Below are positions 1 through 13,452 of a DNA stretch of 64,000 bases, in pieces. The stretch is from assembly GCA_030141605.1 (NCBI GenBank), contig JAQGDQ010000372.1, positions 164,768 through 228,767 on the forward strand. Direction: 5' to 3'. Position 1 is the stretch's first letter, and each line of letters begins with the position of its first letter. Both the position numbers and the translations under genes were made by a program. Below the pieces are notes generated by a model. The model had not been told where the DNA came from. It made no database searches and saw nothing but the letters and a program-made list of their open reading frames with translations. Origin of the DNA: Tubiluchus corallicola. Lineage: Eukaryota > Animalia > Priapulida.

Positions 1-915
1 TGTTCAGGTCACAGCATGCTCACTTAATCGCTTGGTTCTTCGCCAACCTGTTCATGTCACAGCATGCTCACTTAATCGCTTGGTTTTTCACCAACCTGTT
101 CAGGTCACAGCATGCTCACTTAATCGCTTGGTTTTTCACCAACCTGTTCAGGTCACAGCATGCTCACTTAATCGCTTGGTTTTTCACCAACCTGTTCAGG
201 TCACAGCATGCTCACTTAATCGCTTGGTTTTTCACCAACCTGTTCAGGTCACAGCATGCTCACTTAATCGCTTGGTTTTTCACCAACCTGTTCAGGTCAC
301 AGCATGCTCACTCACTTAATCGCTTGGTTTTTCACCAACCTGTTCAGCTCACAGCATGCTCACTTAATCGCTTGGTTTTTCACCAACCTGTTCGGGTCAC
401 AGCATGCTCACTTAATCGCTTGGTTCTTTGCCAACCTGTTCAGGTCACAGCATGCTCACTTAATCGCTTGGTTTTTCACCAACCTGTTCAGGTCACAGCA
501 TGCTCACTTAATCGCTTGGTTTTTCACCAACCTGTTCAGGTCACAGCATGCTCACTTAATCGCTTGGTTCTTCGCCAACCTGTTCATGTCACAGCATGCT
601 CACTTAATCGCTTGGTTTTTCACCAACCTGTTCGGGTCACAGCATGCTCACTTAATCGCTTGGTTCTTTGCCAACCTGTTCATGTCACAGCATGCTCACT
701 TCATCGCTTGCTTTTTCACCAATCTGTTCAGGTCACAGCATGCTCACTTAATCGCTTGGTTTTTCACCAACCTGTTCAGGTCACAGCATGCTCACTTAAT
801 CGCTTGGTTCTTCGCCAACCTGTTCATGTCACAGCATGCTCACTTAATCGCTTGGTTTTTCCCCAACCTGTTCAGGTCACAGCATGCTCACTTAATCGCT
901 TGCTTTTTCACCAAA
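1..915. repeat. 48-bp intronic minisatellite (~19 copies, open at window start)
   Basis: Unit TGTTCAGGTCACAGCATGCTCACTTAATCGCTTGGTTTTTCACCAACC repeated head-to-tail. It explains the 16-aa periodic ORFs and lies in the intron upstream of the SUCLG2 exon at 964. Confidence 0.97.
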
Positions 916-963
916 CTCAATTCTAAAATTGTACGTTGTGTAACTTGCTATTTTGTTTTGCAG

Positions 964-3134
964 GTAAAAAGTATTTTAGTCAACATATTCGGCGGCATCG
1001 TTGATTGCAATATAATAGCTAAAGGAATTGTGAATGCGTGCAAACACATCAAATTGACGATTCCTCTCGTTATCAGATTAGAAGGTGCCTATTTCATTTG
1101 CTTGCAGTTGTTCTATTTATTTATTTTATTTATTTGTTTTATTCTTCGCGCAAAAATAACAATTTTGAGAAAATGAGCTGTTGGTGTCAGTTTTAGTGAG
1201 AATGACTTGGATGTGGTATTTAGTTTTTGAGGCAATGTCTGCTTCGGCTTCACTAAAAGTTGCTAGGTGGTTAATAGTAATAAAATATGAGAAACTGTCA
1301 TATTTAAAAAAAAGGAAACACAAAAAATTCACACAATTTCAGATCAGAATTTCTTATTTCAAGTTGATCACACAAAGGCATTTCAAATCATAGATCATTA
1401 ATTCATCAGTTTCAGTTACAGCTTAAAACTATATTCTGTTTTACATAATAATGTACAAACCATATATAGTTGCCAGCAGTTTCTTCTTTAATGATGGTCT
1501 ATCTCTCAATCTTTTCTCATAGTAATGCAGAGTGTTGTACAGATATGTTACAGGGTGATCTAAAAAAATGAAGTAAGAAGCAACAATATAAATAATCGTG
1601 TAAAGTCGTTCACGCCAAGGATTAATTTAGCAATGTACTGAACTTTGAAAAACTAATTCCAAAATATATTTCTTAATTTCTTTAAAGTATTTCATATTGC
1701 CAGCTTACCCAAAATTGTCTATACATATAGTTGTGGAGCTCTGTAATATTCTATAGTATAGTAGAACAATCTTCTTACCTGGTAGAAGATTCGAGAACTT
1801 TCTATACACGATGCGCGTAGGGCTTTCTAGATGGTTGATTTGCACTGATATATTTAAGGCGGAGCTGGCCGCTGGAGTTTATTCTCTTGTATCCTCGTAT
1901 TCTCAGATACGCTTTCACGTTATCACATTTACTGTAAACATTTTGCGTTCCTTCATACTTTTGTGTTGTAGAATTCTCGCATAATAAACTAGTTTAATTT
2001 GACACCGTGTTTTCTGGTTTTCTCTACGAGCCTTCCAAGAGAAACAAAACACGACGCATATATTTATATTTATATTTATACAAAGCACTTTAGAAAAAGC
2101 TAAAGCAGTTTAACTAAAATTTGAGTCGGCGATCCTCACCGTAAATTAAGTAACATAATGCTGGTGGTCGGAAATTAAGACATCACTGGAAAATTATATT
2201 CTTATTCATTTGATGTTGTACCAGGGTAAATTTCCGTATTATATTAAGCGTCAGATCAGCTTCAATATTTTGTTACAAAAATCACTAATGTTTTCTAATT
2301 CTGATTATGGATTTGATTTTAAAATGTGGCTGATTTTCACTGATGTTTTAATTCGTTTTCTTATCAGTGAGACATAGAGAATAATATTTTGTAAACATAA
2401 TATACTGTATGTGAGCAAATCTTGCTAGTATTCCTAACGTTTTTAGACATTTAACCCTTCTGTTAAATTTCATGTAGGCCTTTAAGGAGGGACACTCAGA
2501 AGTTTATACCAAATGGAACATTTTTATATGAATATTGTTTTGCAGCTTTTATTGATTTTATTTTGTAAATATTAGGATTGGCATTTTGCCAAAAGAACAT
2601 ACTGAAGTTGAAGTTTTTCTTTGAGTGCTGTATAGTCGTTGGTTGACATTTTTGCTAATCCTAACTGGACAGAAATTTTAATTACTCTAAATTTAAATTT
2701 ATGTTGTATTGTTATCATACTTTTTTTAGTTTTGGATAGTGCTGCCACCTTCAGGTGTTCTTGTTAAAATTGTTAAATCTTTCTCTTTACTGTTTAAATT
2801 TTCATTGGCTTCTACAGTCTTTAGGAATGCATAATTTCTAAACCTGTCTTCACATCTAAATGATTTCACCTGTAGTTTTGGTATTTGGTTTTCTGCTTTT
2901 CAACATGACACTACTTCACTGTTTATGTAGACACTTCAGAATAAAATCTTAAAACTAAATTTCAAGTTTTTCGGTTTCTTCAAACCACTGACCATATTTT
3001 ATCATGCAATATTATGTTTTCCAGGCACCAATGTAGACGCTGCAAATGAGACTTTAAACGACAGTGGCCTCAACATAGAATTAGCTCACAGTTTCGAAGA
3101 TGCAGCAAAACGAGCCGTGGCAAACCTGAACTAG
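964..3134 (+). CDS. SUCLG2: Succinyl-CoA ligase [GDP-forming] beta subunit, last two coding exons (964..1084, 3025..3134); 5' part outside window
   Basis: Spliced translation [41 protein letters not shown]|[35 protein letters not shown]. GGIVxC and RLEGTNV fit SUCLG2 rather than SUCLA2 (GGIMRC, RLQGT). CAG acceptors and a phase-1 intron are consistent. Confidence 0.93.
1729..2056 (+). mobile_element. Solo LTR (family A), degenerate ends
   Basis: Ends AGTTGT...ACGACG (degenerate TGTTGT...ACAACA), flanked by 5-bp direct repeat CATAT. Contains a TATA-like motif and AATAAA. Similar to copies at 37030, 38924 and 47740. Confidence 0.8.
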
Positions 3135-4090
3135 ACGACTTGGCTTATAGATAATCACACGAAATGGCCTACGCTTTGTTTTATGGGTCTACCGGTTTTT
3201 TGTTGCACCTTTTGCTGTACTACGTTGGTTAGAAGATCGTTAGAAAGCTGCTTTCATCATTCCAACTTAGAGACATCTTATTGTGGCAGCATATGCCTTT
3301 ATTTTTTATTATATTTTTTTGCATCGAATGGCTGCTTTTAGGCATAGCAGTTGCAAATTTTTGTTTCACTAATGCATTCCTTATTTAGTGCTTTCTTTTT
3401 TTCTGAAATGACCAAGTGTGTAGTGATGCCTTGCGTGTTATGTTATTGCGCACAAGCTTTATATTTTTGATATAGTTCTAGATTTTTCTTTCGCTTTACA
3501 GTCGTTTACTTGTTGCGGCAGAAGCTTTGAAGAATACTTGTAACTTACAGGGGTAATTTAAATTTACACATTTCTTGCAAATTGTTCTGATACCAAATTA
3601 AATCCAAAAATTGCACCAATCAAAATTGTAAGCCATGCTCTTTCATGTGGAAGCAAAAGCTGAAATTAAAATAAGCTGAAAGGAAAGAACAAGTCACGCA
3701 GTATGTTGGGTTTATTTTACCGTTACCACTTGAACTGTTTGTGGTGTGCTAAAGGAAAGGACAAGTCAGTCAGTATGTTGGGTTTATTTTACTGTTATCA
3801 TTTAAACTTAGAAAAATTTAATAAAGAAATTTTCAAAAAACTGTCTATAAAGCATAAATTTAAAATATGCTACCTCTGAGTATAAATTATCAGGCGCAGT
3901 GGTTGTCGTCATTCACTTGAAAAGTATGACGTAACTGGGAGACTTCGTGACTTTTTGTAAGCATATCTTGGCTTTCTGTAAGCGCATGCTGCTTGAACTA
4001 ATGAAAATTTCTGCAGCTTAGCTAATGTTTATGCAAAAATATTACAAAGTTATCAATCTGATTATTTTGTAAAAACGTATTATACTTTTG

Positions 4091-4517
4091 TGGAAAAATT
4101 GACAGTGTGTTACTTTTGTTCGGGTGAATGACGTCATTGGAGGAAAAATTGACAGTGCGTTACTTTGTTCGGGCGAATGACGTCATTGGAGGAAAAATTG
4201 ACAGTGCGTTACTTTTGTTCGGGTGAATGACGTCATTGGAGTGGTGGTTTTTTGTTGGTGGTTTGGGGTTGGTGGTTTTTGTTTGGGTGAATGACGTCAT
4301 TGGAGGAAAAATTGACAGTGCGTTACTTTTGTTCGGGTGAATGACGTCATTGGACGAAAAATGGGCAGTGCGTTACTTTTGTTTGGGCAAATGACGTCAT
4401 TGGAGGAAAAATTGACAGTGCACTACTTTTGTTTGGGTGAATGACGTCATTGGAGGAAAAATGGGCAGTGCGTTACTTTTTTTCGGGTGAATGACGTCAT
4501 TGGAGGAAAAATGGGCA
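4091..4517. repeat. 50-bp minisatellite, ~8 units, each with the palindrome AATGACGTCATT (CRE)
   Basis: Unit GGAGGAAAAATTGACAGTGCGTTACTTTTGTTCGGGTGAATGACGTCATT. TGACGTCA occurs at ~4129, 4178, 4228, 4292, 4342, 4392, 4442 and 4492. Confidence 0.93.
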
Positions 4518-5151
4518 TTGAAAATCAGAACAACCAAGCGTAAAGCGAGTTTAAAGTGATTTTACTAAGTACATGAGGGCACGTATTGCAGTTTTATTAC
4601 TAAATCCTCTCAACAATATTGAAATACGCCTTGACAGCTTGACTTTTCCTTTAAGAGTTCTAGTAACCTTTACTAAATAATTTATGCAATTTTTTAAACC
4701 TTGCTGTACCTGTAGTTTTATAAACCTGCAGATTATTAATTTGTTGATAATTTTCTGGCTGGCTGCATGATGTGGATCAAGAACATTCTAGGAAGACCCA
4801 TTTTCATTTCATTTTAAATTTTTCATAAAATTACGGAACGAAAATTTTGCTTGCTTGTTTATGTACTAGTCAAAAGGCAAATTATGATAGCAATGATAGC
4901 ATTTGCAAACTTGTCAAACAGAGATTTTTGATTATAATATAATGTTTTTGATTTTGATAATTTTGATTTATTATAACCCTGAATTAAGCCTGTCAAAAAT
5001 TAGTTTTTTATGTGTATCTACATGATACACTGATCTAAGATTTTCATGTCGTCCTTGTTATAAAGTAAAGTAATGATTTTTATGGATTGTTAGAAGTTTC
5101 ATTAACTAGCTAGATTTTAATTTTCTGTGCATGTTCGTAGCAATTAAATGT

Positions 5152-5390
5152 TAGGGTGAGCAGTCTCTATCAGAAAGCGAATTCGAATTTAAAATTTGTT
5201 TTCGAACGAACTTTTGAATCATTAATAAAAAGCAGTTTCTTGCATAATCCTACAAAGATCGTTGCTTACGGCTTAATTATGGCAGTAAAAACACAAATAA
5301 TTTATTTAAAAACTGTGCACAGAATTTGCGCTAAATTATTCTGCTTACACAAAAGCTCGTTCGAACTCGAACACTCACTGCTCACCCCCA
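5152..5390. mobile_element. Short hAT-type MITE
   Basis: TIRs TAGGGTGAGCAGT...ACTGCTCACCCCCA, internal TTCGAA repeats and an imperfect 8-bp TSD (TTAAATGT/CTAAATGC). Related to 45580..45675. Confidence 0.65.
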
Positions 5391-7737
5391 CTAAATGCTA
5401 TGTATAATTATTCTCTTGTTTCTGACTCAAAAATACACGTATGTTATTGTCATTGTTAAGGCAGCAGCTGTCCAAGACCCCAGGACACAGTAATAATGTT
5501 CTACTACATGCCTAAAAATGAATCTGGTTGATTATTTCTGATTTAACAGCTTACACACATCCAGTAAGTGCATTGCCTTATTAAAGTTTTACATAATATT
5601 TTCTTTTAACCTGGTCCAAGGTCTTGTGCGTTAAGTGCTACTGGTGACAGAGAATCTGCTAAGTGTTAATTTATGTCTCATCTATTAAGGAACATATGCA
5701 GTTAACTTGCTTAGATCGTATCTCAGCAGTGCAAAAAAATCACTCGAGTTAAATGAAATATCTACTGAAGCGTTATATGATCACCCATGCAACAAAGCTA
5801 ACGTTTGTTGGCACTTGTTAATTGGACATTAGAGTTAACCACATACGACTTAAGTGGATTTGACTGCATTACTCAAATGCTGAACAGTACACTTAGTAGA
5901 AAAACTTGCTGTAGCAAAAAAAGAAAGAAATGAATGTCTTCTCCTGTTATTACTTTAATTATTAAAAATGTTACGAATTTTGCTCATAAGCACACTAACG
6001 ACAGAAATCCATACTTGTACGGGATTTTAACAATTACAGTTTAGTGCAGGGACCAGATTGTTACCATATAACTGTGTCGAAGTTTTTTGTTAATTTGTAG
6101 TTACAGTAAAAAATTGTTATTTATATCTTATAAGTAGGTTCAATTATGTATTTTTTCTAAAAAAAAACTCGCTTCATTAAAATTATTGTATTCGTTTTGT
6201 GCTGTTGCGTACACAACGAATTATATAACGAAATTAGTGGATACTTTTTTGTCATCTGTTTCAACAGATTTTCATTAATTTTTGTTTGTAATAATGTGTG
6301 TAAATTAAAATATTTTTTGTACAATTGGTAAGTTAATAAAAAATGATCTTGCATAGCAAAAATCTCATTTTTTCTGGATTTTATTTTTTCAAAACAAGGT
6401 TCGCAGCAAAATTGCCAGATATTTTGTTGAAAATAGACTGCTGTGTGTGTTTCTTTAAAGTTTTATTTGCCTTAAAAACAGAGCACTTGGACAGACAGGA
6501 CAGTAACAATTTTTATGAATGTTAAGCATCATATTATTGTAAGTAAGTAAGTAAAAAATTTATTTGTCTCTGAATGTTACAAAATAAACATAAACAAAAG
6601 GTAAGAACTAAAATAAAGACGGAAAAGAGACGGTGTGGCGAAAAGACCAAGGGTCACCAAGTCAACCACCCCTATCCAAACTGAAGAAAATTAAGTGACC
6701 TGTCAAGTAATATATGTACAAATGAAAATAATCAGCAACTTGATAAAATAAAAATAAATGACAACAAGGCAACAAGTTCAAATGAGTTTGAATTTAGAAA
6801 CAGTAAATAAGTTTGGCTATGAGAAGAGGCAAAATTTAAATTAGCAAACAAAACGGAAAATTTAAACTCATCAAAAACAAAACTAATAATTACATATAAA
6901 TCAAGAACTTAACACAAAATAAGAAGCAAAAATTACAAAAGTTTATGCACATTTTAGAAAATCACATGTTAAAAATTGTAACTTAGGTACTTGTGCTTAC
7001 TTATGGGTTATATAAGCGTAAAATTACTTATTGCAATAGACCACTACTCATTCTAATGAAATTTACACAGCTCTAGTTTCGGTAATGTCCGATAGATGGC
7101 AAAACAGGCGTTAATGTCGGTTATCGTGAGAGTATTTTAGTAAATTTGGTGTGTGATTTTTTGCCGTTTTTTGCAGTTGCATGTAGCGATGTTGCAGTGT
7201 AGATAATTTTAGAAATAGTTATGATTTTAGGAATTAGAAGCATGATGTATTGGTATGCATGATCAAAATTCAAAATAGTGCTGGTAGTTCACAACTTGCC
7301 AGAGCTTAGTCTCGGGTTACGGTGATTACACAGTACCTTCTGTACTGACTACAACTTTGTAACTGGCAGGAACTTTTGTAGGTGCAAGGCAGAACACACT
7401 GTCACTTCCTTTAGTTGTTTCTTGTTGCTTTCGTAATTCCATGAGAACTATTGCAAGTTCTAGCTTTATTCTTCTCTGCGTTTGTACATTTGTTTACACG
7501 AGATCTTGAGCCCTGGACTCTTCTTCTTTAAATGAGATGTACATTTACACACAAATAGGTGCTCTGTTATACCAGTTTCATTCATGCGCAAGTGACATGT
7601 ATTATCGTTAAGACTCTGCTTATTGCATTTTTATTTACTTTCTTATTTCTACTTCTAGATGTTTAATTTAATTTTCATCCCTGAGTCCAATTTTAGAAGT
7701 ATATATTACTAGCAGCCAAGTACACTAACTACTTAAG

Positions 7738-8439
7738 CAGTGGCGGCTCTTGTATAGGCACTGTGGAACTGCAGCACCCTCTATTTTTACTCGATATTAT
7801 CGATAATATTCAATATAATGAGCCTTTTTCTTTGATTCTTTCTTTATGCTTGTATGGAATCAGAGCATGTGACGAAACTGTGCGTTTCTTCACACAGGCC
7901 CAGCACGGTGCACTCACAACTCCAGTAACGTGGTATTTGGCTGTTGTGCACATGTCTAAGATAGTGCTTGGTAGAGAGAACACTGTTGCTCAGGCATTTC
8001 TGTGGTACGTGTTGAAAGGAGAAGTATTTGAATGTTTTTAGGATTCTTTGTTCCAGAAAACCAAACTGTAGAGCTCATATCAAAACGTATTCTAGAACAA
8101 TTAGTCATATTCCTTCAAGGAAATTGACAAAAACTGGTAACTCAAACATTTGACGGTGCAAATGTCGTGAAAAAGCAGGAGTTCAAGCAGAAACAAAAGC
8201 AGTTAATAGTAATGCACATTTCTTTCACTGTTATGCACATCATCTTAATTTAATGATGAGAAATGCAGCGAGTGTTACACCCTGCATTATTTTCATACGT
8301 TTGTTTGTTTAAAATTACAATTACACATTACAACATTAAAATTTTACATATGTTTGTTTCGTTTTACACATCATTAAAACAATGGTCAAAAATTTTCTGA
8401 AGCAGCACTCCCAGTAATTTTAGCTACGAGCCACCACTG
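7738..8439 (+). mobile_element. Internally deleted hAT DNA transposon with transposase remnant
   Basis: TIRs CAGTGGCGGCTC...GAGCCACCACTG and 8-bp TSD TACTTAAG/TACTTACG. Around 8150-8260 it reads FDGANV...GVQAETKAVNSNAHFFHCYAHHLNLM, the hAT DGA and CxxH motifs. A related partial copy lies at 38147..38660. Confidence 0.85.
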
Positions 8440-9354
8440 TACTTACGGCTAAAAAACAAGAATATAATTAGTTGTTCTCCGTAAGCTCCTGCAGTAGGTT
8501 ACTGTGGCTCGGCTAACATATTCCTTATATTTAGTATTTGTGGCATTTTTTACTCTGTACTCTGAATTTTGATCATGGATACCAATACTTCATGCTTCTA
8601 ATTCCTAAAGTAAGCTGGATTTTTACTCTGTTTTACTAGTCTTCATCATTCCTGTTAGTTTTAGTGAAAATAGCACTCCAACAGTAGCCTACTATTTGCG
8701 CATGAAACGATAGTACATGACAATCACTGTTGAAATTTTTTACTCAGGTCACAACTCGCAATCTGAATCTTCGTAAAAGTTTGTGAAAGATGTAAGATAC
8801 TTGTTGAAGCCAGCAAAACTTGTTGCCAGCTACAAATTTATTGTCATGCATAATGCAGCATAAGTCCACATTTGCATATACAAAAAGTTGAAAACGCATC
8901 AAATTCTCCCATATAAATTGTAAATACATTGTTAACTTGTTGGTATAGAACAGACAGAAAACTTAAACTAAACACATGGACTGCATATAAGTTTTGTAAT
9001 GTGACTTTTATCAACTCATTAATAAGTGAATTCTAGCTAGTAAAATTAAGTAGGTCATTTTTACTGTAGAATGTATAGAACACGTTCTCAAATATTGTTA
9101 TTAGAAGGTGTCTAAAGTTTTGGAAAATCCATCACTTAGTATAGATACCTTTGGCTAATGCAAGCTCAAGGTAGTATGTAAATTTGCATTGCTGCATATT
9201 GTTACTGATGATGTTACATGATACAAAATATGCACAAGCGTAACAGAACCTGTTAGTAAAAGAAACAAATGAATTAATGTTCATTCAGTGTAAAATAAAT
9301 ATTCTTTTTTCATTGTGTACCATTAAGACACAACTCTACGATTAAGACACTTGT

Positions 9355-9770
9355 TTTGTAATTGTAATTTATTATCACTTCAGCATGTATTTTTACATTA
9401 CAATTTGCATTATTATCTTTAACTATGATGCCCTATAACTGGAAAATGAAATATAGTTACAATAATTGTAACAGAACTACATTAGTATACTATAGTATAG
9501 CATGATATAGTTAGGGAAAAAAGTCCAAATATAATTACAAAAATTTAACAGAAATGTACCAACATAGTTACTAAACTACATAATAGTTTGTCAACAAGAA
9601 ATAGATGCTGCATGGTGGTCAATCAAAAAGCAAAGCTTGTAAGACCACCATGAAAAGTGAAAAACCGACTTAATTTACAAGAGAGAGAATTATAGAAAAA
9701 CAGGGAGTAGTTAAGATAAAATAATAGACAGAGATAGAGAAAAAGAGAAAAGAAATGAATTAGAAAGAAT
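9355..9770. repeat. Dispersed repeat (probable LINE 3' region); inverted copy at ~25494..25905
   Basis: About 400 bp of clear reverse-complement similarity between the two positions. Confidence 0.75.
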
Positions 9771-9933
9771 TTTTATAGCATACACCAGATAGCATGCCAA
9801 CAACTCAACAAATAAAATGTACAAGATGTAAACTATAAATTTGCAAGCCAAATTCATTTCTAGTTTCACGTTTTATTGTATGATTGTAGTTTAAATTTTA
9901 ATCTTTACATTTTCTTGATCAATTTCAGGAAAG

Positions 9934-12218
9934 ATGCCTTATCTTAAGACACCTTTAACAGACATAACTGCGCACTATTTTCACGCCCAGGGCACCCCGT
10001 GTGAAGAGCTAGAAATGGATTTCTTCAAGTGTCTGACGGCGTACGGAAAACGGCAAGGCGTTACCAAATGCCGTCCGGAATATAACGATTTTGTAGAATG
10101 TGTTAAACAGAATAAAGAGGTAAGAAGTTTTTTTAATGGTGTCTACAAAAGTTATCACACAATAAATGCTCTTGATTCTGAGTTTAATCTAAAGTGGCAT
10201 TTGCGCTGCTTGCAGATGCATTTTCCATCTGTGGAACAGTCTGCGGAAAAAAATCAATAGGAATAGTTGCCGAAAAAGAATAACGCATATGCAGGCTGCG
10301 CAAACGGGTGCATTGAAGACAATCTAAACCGATTTTATATATTCTGCATCCTCCAAAATGCATCCGCATCCAGATGCTACATAGATGCTACTTAACCCTG
10401 CATTTTGACTGCTGAAAATAAAAATGTCAGTAATGATAAGTCTTTCTCAAATTTTCTGCATGATAATGTAGCAGATCTGCGTTGTAGAGAACAGTATCAA
10501 TGAATGCAGCTTGGAAAACTGGTATTGAAATTTTGATTATGTGTGGAATTATAAATGTAGAGTTTGCGTTATGAGTAGTGCTGTGTAAAACTTCAAAAAT
10601 TTATATATCTGAGCTCATCTGTTGAAAAACTAACGGGAGTTTCATTAATACTGGACTGCCGTCTGCTCATAGCGGAGGCAGGACGGATGGCACCGCAACC
10701 CACACGTAAGTGGGTGCATGTCGTAATTATCTCATTCAGAGCATCACCCATAAACAAAGATTGAATAATAGAGTCAGTTGAAATGGAAATTTATTATTGA
10801 ATAATAATAATAATAATTATTGGACACTTTGAATAAGGAACGACCAGCTTACCTACAGGGACAGAGTTTGCGAGAAAAGCCTGAGAAATGTGAACATAGC
10901 CGCACATGCTGCGAAAGACACTACCACTGACAAGGGTCTACAGCAGACCTTCCCTTTTTATAAGCTCAGGTCTGCACGTGACTAGTGGCTTTTACTAACA
11001 CAAGGTCAGAATACGAGTCTGTGCTAGATAAAGCCATGTTCACATGCACACCTGAAAAGTCTACTGTATTCCCCTGCCAGCATTACATTTCATTTCACCA
11101 CAGCCCTGTAGTACAATACGTATTGTACAAAGCAGTTAAAGAAGTAGGAGTGCGCAAATCACGGATTTAGTAAAAATAAATAACAATTATTTTGTGAATG
11201 TTACTTAATAAGAGGAAAGCGTACAACTCGAGAGCATCATAATGATATACTAACTGAATCTGTTTCTGGGTTTAAATTACATTCACCATCCTTCACACTA
11301 ATCATGTTTTATTTCTGGTTTGAACAAAGTTTTTTACCTATTTAGCTATATTTAGGGTAAAGTGGTAAACTAACTGTTTGACAATATTTGTTTAATGACA
11401 AATAAACAAACTGGTAAAATTTTAATTGACCTTCTAAGCAGGGCTGGATTACCGTATAAGCTAGTATAGGCTGCAGCCTAGGAGCCTAGGACCTGTCAAG
11501 CTTCGGGGGCCCATACTTTGCATCGCTGAATAATTCATGTAAGTTGAAATAAAATTTCAACTTTAAAAAAAGAGGCCAGGAAGTCTGAAAATGCAATTTT
11601 AAGTGGCTTCTCATTTGAGAGGAACCCTCTTTTATTTGAGACAACGTGCCCTTGTTTGAGACCCTTTATTTGAGACAATGCGCCCTTGTTTGAGACCCTT
11701 TATTTGAAATAATGGGCCCCTGTTTGAGACCCTTTATTTGAGATAATGGGCCATTGTTTGAGACCCTTTATTTGAGATAATGGGCCCTTGTTTGAGACCC
11801 TTTATTTGAGACAATGTGCCCTTGTTTGAGACCCTTTATTTGAGATAATGGGCCCTTGTTTGAGACCCTTTATTTGAGATAATGGGCCCCTGATTGAGAC
11901 CCTTTATTTGAGATAATGGGCCCTTCCTTTGAAACCCTTTATTTGAGATAATGGGCCCTTGTTTGACACCCTTTGTTTGAAATATGGGACCCTCATATGC
12001 GCAAATGTTGCTGAAATCTGTCAAGTAAAAAATTTTCAATGTACTGGTTTCAGCAAAGCAGAGCTATTTGTTCATTCCTTCATGCATTAGCCAATAGTTA
12101 AAATATGTTCTTTTTGCAGGGAGAGCGATTGGCTATCATGAGGCAGGAAAGATTAAGGCAGTACTTTAAGGGAGAGAGAGAAAAACTGTATGATCCACCG
12201 CCACCTAAAGATGTATGA
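9934..12218 (+). CDS. NDUFS5: NADH:ubiquinone oxidoreductase subunit S5 (15 kDa), 2 coding exons (9934..10119, 12120..12218), 94 aa
   Basis: MPYLKTPLTD...PCEELEMDFFKC...KCRPEYNDFVECVKQNKE|GERLAIMRQERLRQYFKGEREKLYDPPPPKDV*. Twin CX9C motif, N-terminal MPY/FL and C-terminal YxPPP. Phase-0 GTAAG...GCAG intron. Confidence 0.9.
11613..11990. repeat. 34-bp minisatellite (~11 copies) inside a probable DNA-transposon fragment starting ~11439
   Basis: Unit GAGACCCTTTATTTGAGATAATGGGCCCTTGTTT. The upstream CAGGGCTGGATTACC resembles a hAT terminus. Lies in the NDUFS5 intron. Confidence 0.88.
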
Positions 12219-13020
12219 TGATGACACTGCGCTTTTTCAGTTGTTATAATATTTTATGAAACTAGGACTGCTTGTGTGAACCAGTGGATGGTGTGGTGAT
12301 ACTGGCATCTTTAGTGTTCTCAACCCGATACTTGTACGCTTACGAATGATTTGGAATTCTCGCTTAGTGTTAGCAGGATACATCGATTACACGTGATATA
12401 TCCATTAGCGGTTTTGATGTTTTTGTTGTAGAAATGTTGCAGAACAGTTTAAGAAAATGATATTTTGCGTTACATACGATTTTCAACAAATTTACATTTA
12501 TAGGTTTTCTTTTGCAAGAATTCTTATTAAGTGTATTATAAAACTTGGAAGTTTTGCCATAAACTAACTTTGCTGAGATACTTTCATTCTATGTTGTTGA
12601 CTAAGCTGTAGGTGGACTGCGTCCGTTTTTTAAATCCGTAGACCACAATGGATTATAGCGTGGCTCTAATGTGTACATCGTTATGCTAAAATAAATTTTG
12701 TTGATTTATGTATACTATATAAATTTTCTCTGTAGTTTACTAGGTTTCCTGCATGCATATAGTTGATCTTTGAAATTTAGAAAATAATTCACATTCATTT
12801 TAGGTCAAAAGTGTAGGGAAAATGCCAAAACTAATGTGGCAATATAAATGCCAGCCATGAGTTTTTTACAGTAATTTATTAATGTTGACAAATTCTGAGC
12901 TTTCACTAGCATTCTGTTTATGTGGCTTTTTCAAAGGCAATTTGAATTTACCATCATATCGGGTGCCTCAAAAGTCTCTCATTGTTTTTAAAAATTTATC
13001 AAAAACTAATAGCAATTACA

Positions 13021-13452
13021 ACTCAATTCAATTTCAGTTTCAATTTATTTATCTCTTTATAATACTACAATAAAACATTATTAATAAGAATCAGTAATAA
13101 ATTTTGAAGAATGGTTAAAATGAATGGATATATCTAGAACTAGAGAAAGGTTAGAGAAAAGACAATTCGATTCAACTCAATTTCAATTTATTTATCTCTT
13201 TGTAGTGTTACAATAAAACATGGTTAATAAAAGAATCGCTAATAAGTTTTGAAGAATGGTTAAAGTGAATAGATATATCTAGAACTAGAGAAAGGTTAGA
13301 GAAAAGACAATTCGATTCAACTCAATTTCAATTTATTTATCTCTTTATAGTGTTACAATAAAACATGGTTAATAAAAGAATCGCTAATAAGTTTTGAAGA
13401 ATGGTTAAAGTGAAAAGATATATCTAGAACTAGAGAAAGGATAGCGAAAAGA
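13021..13452. repeat. 145-bp tandem triplication
   Basis: TATCTAGAACTAGAGAAAGG recurs at 13131, 13276 and 13421 (period 145). Confidence 0.88.

Noticed and set aside
32-926. Long 290-aa repetitive ORFs
   Set aside because: They are by-products of a stop-free 48-bp minisatellite. Only 964..1084 of the 304..1176 ORF is real coding sequence.
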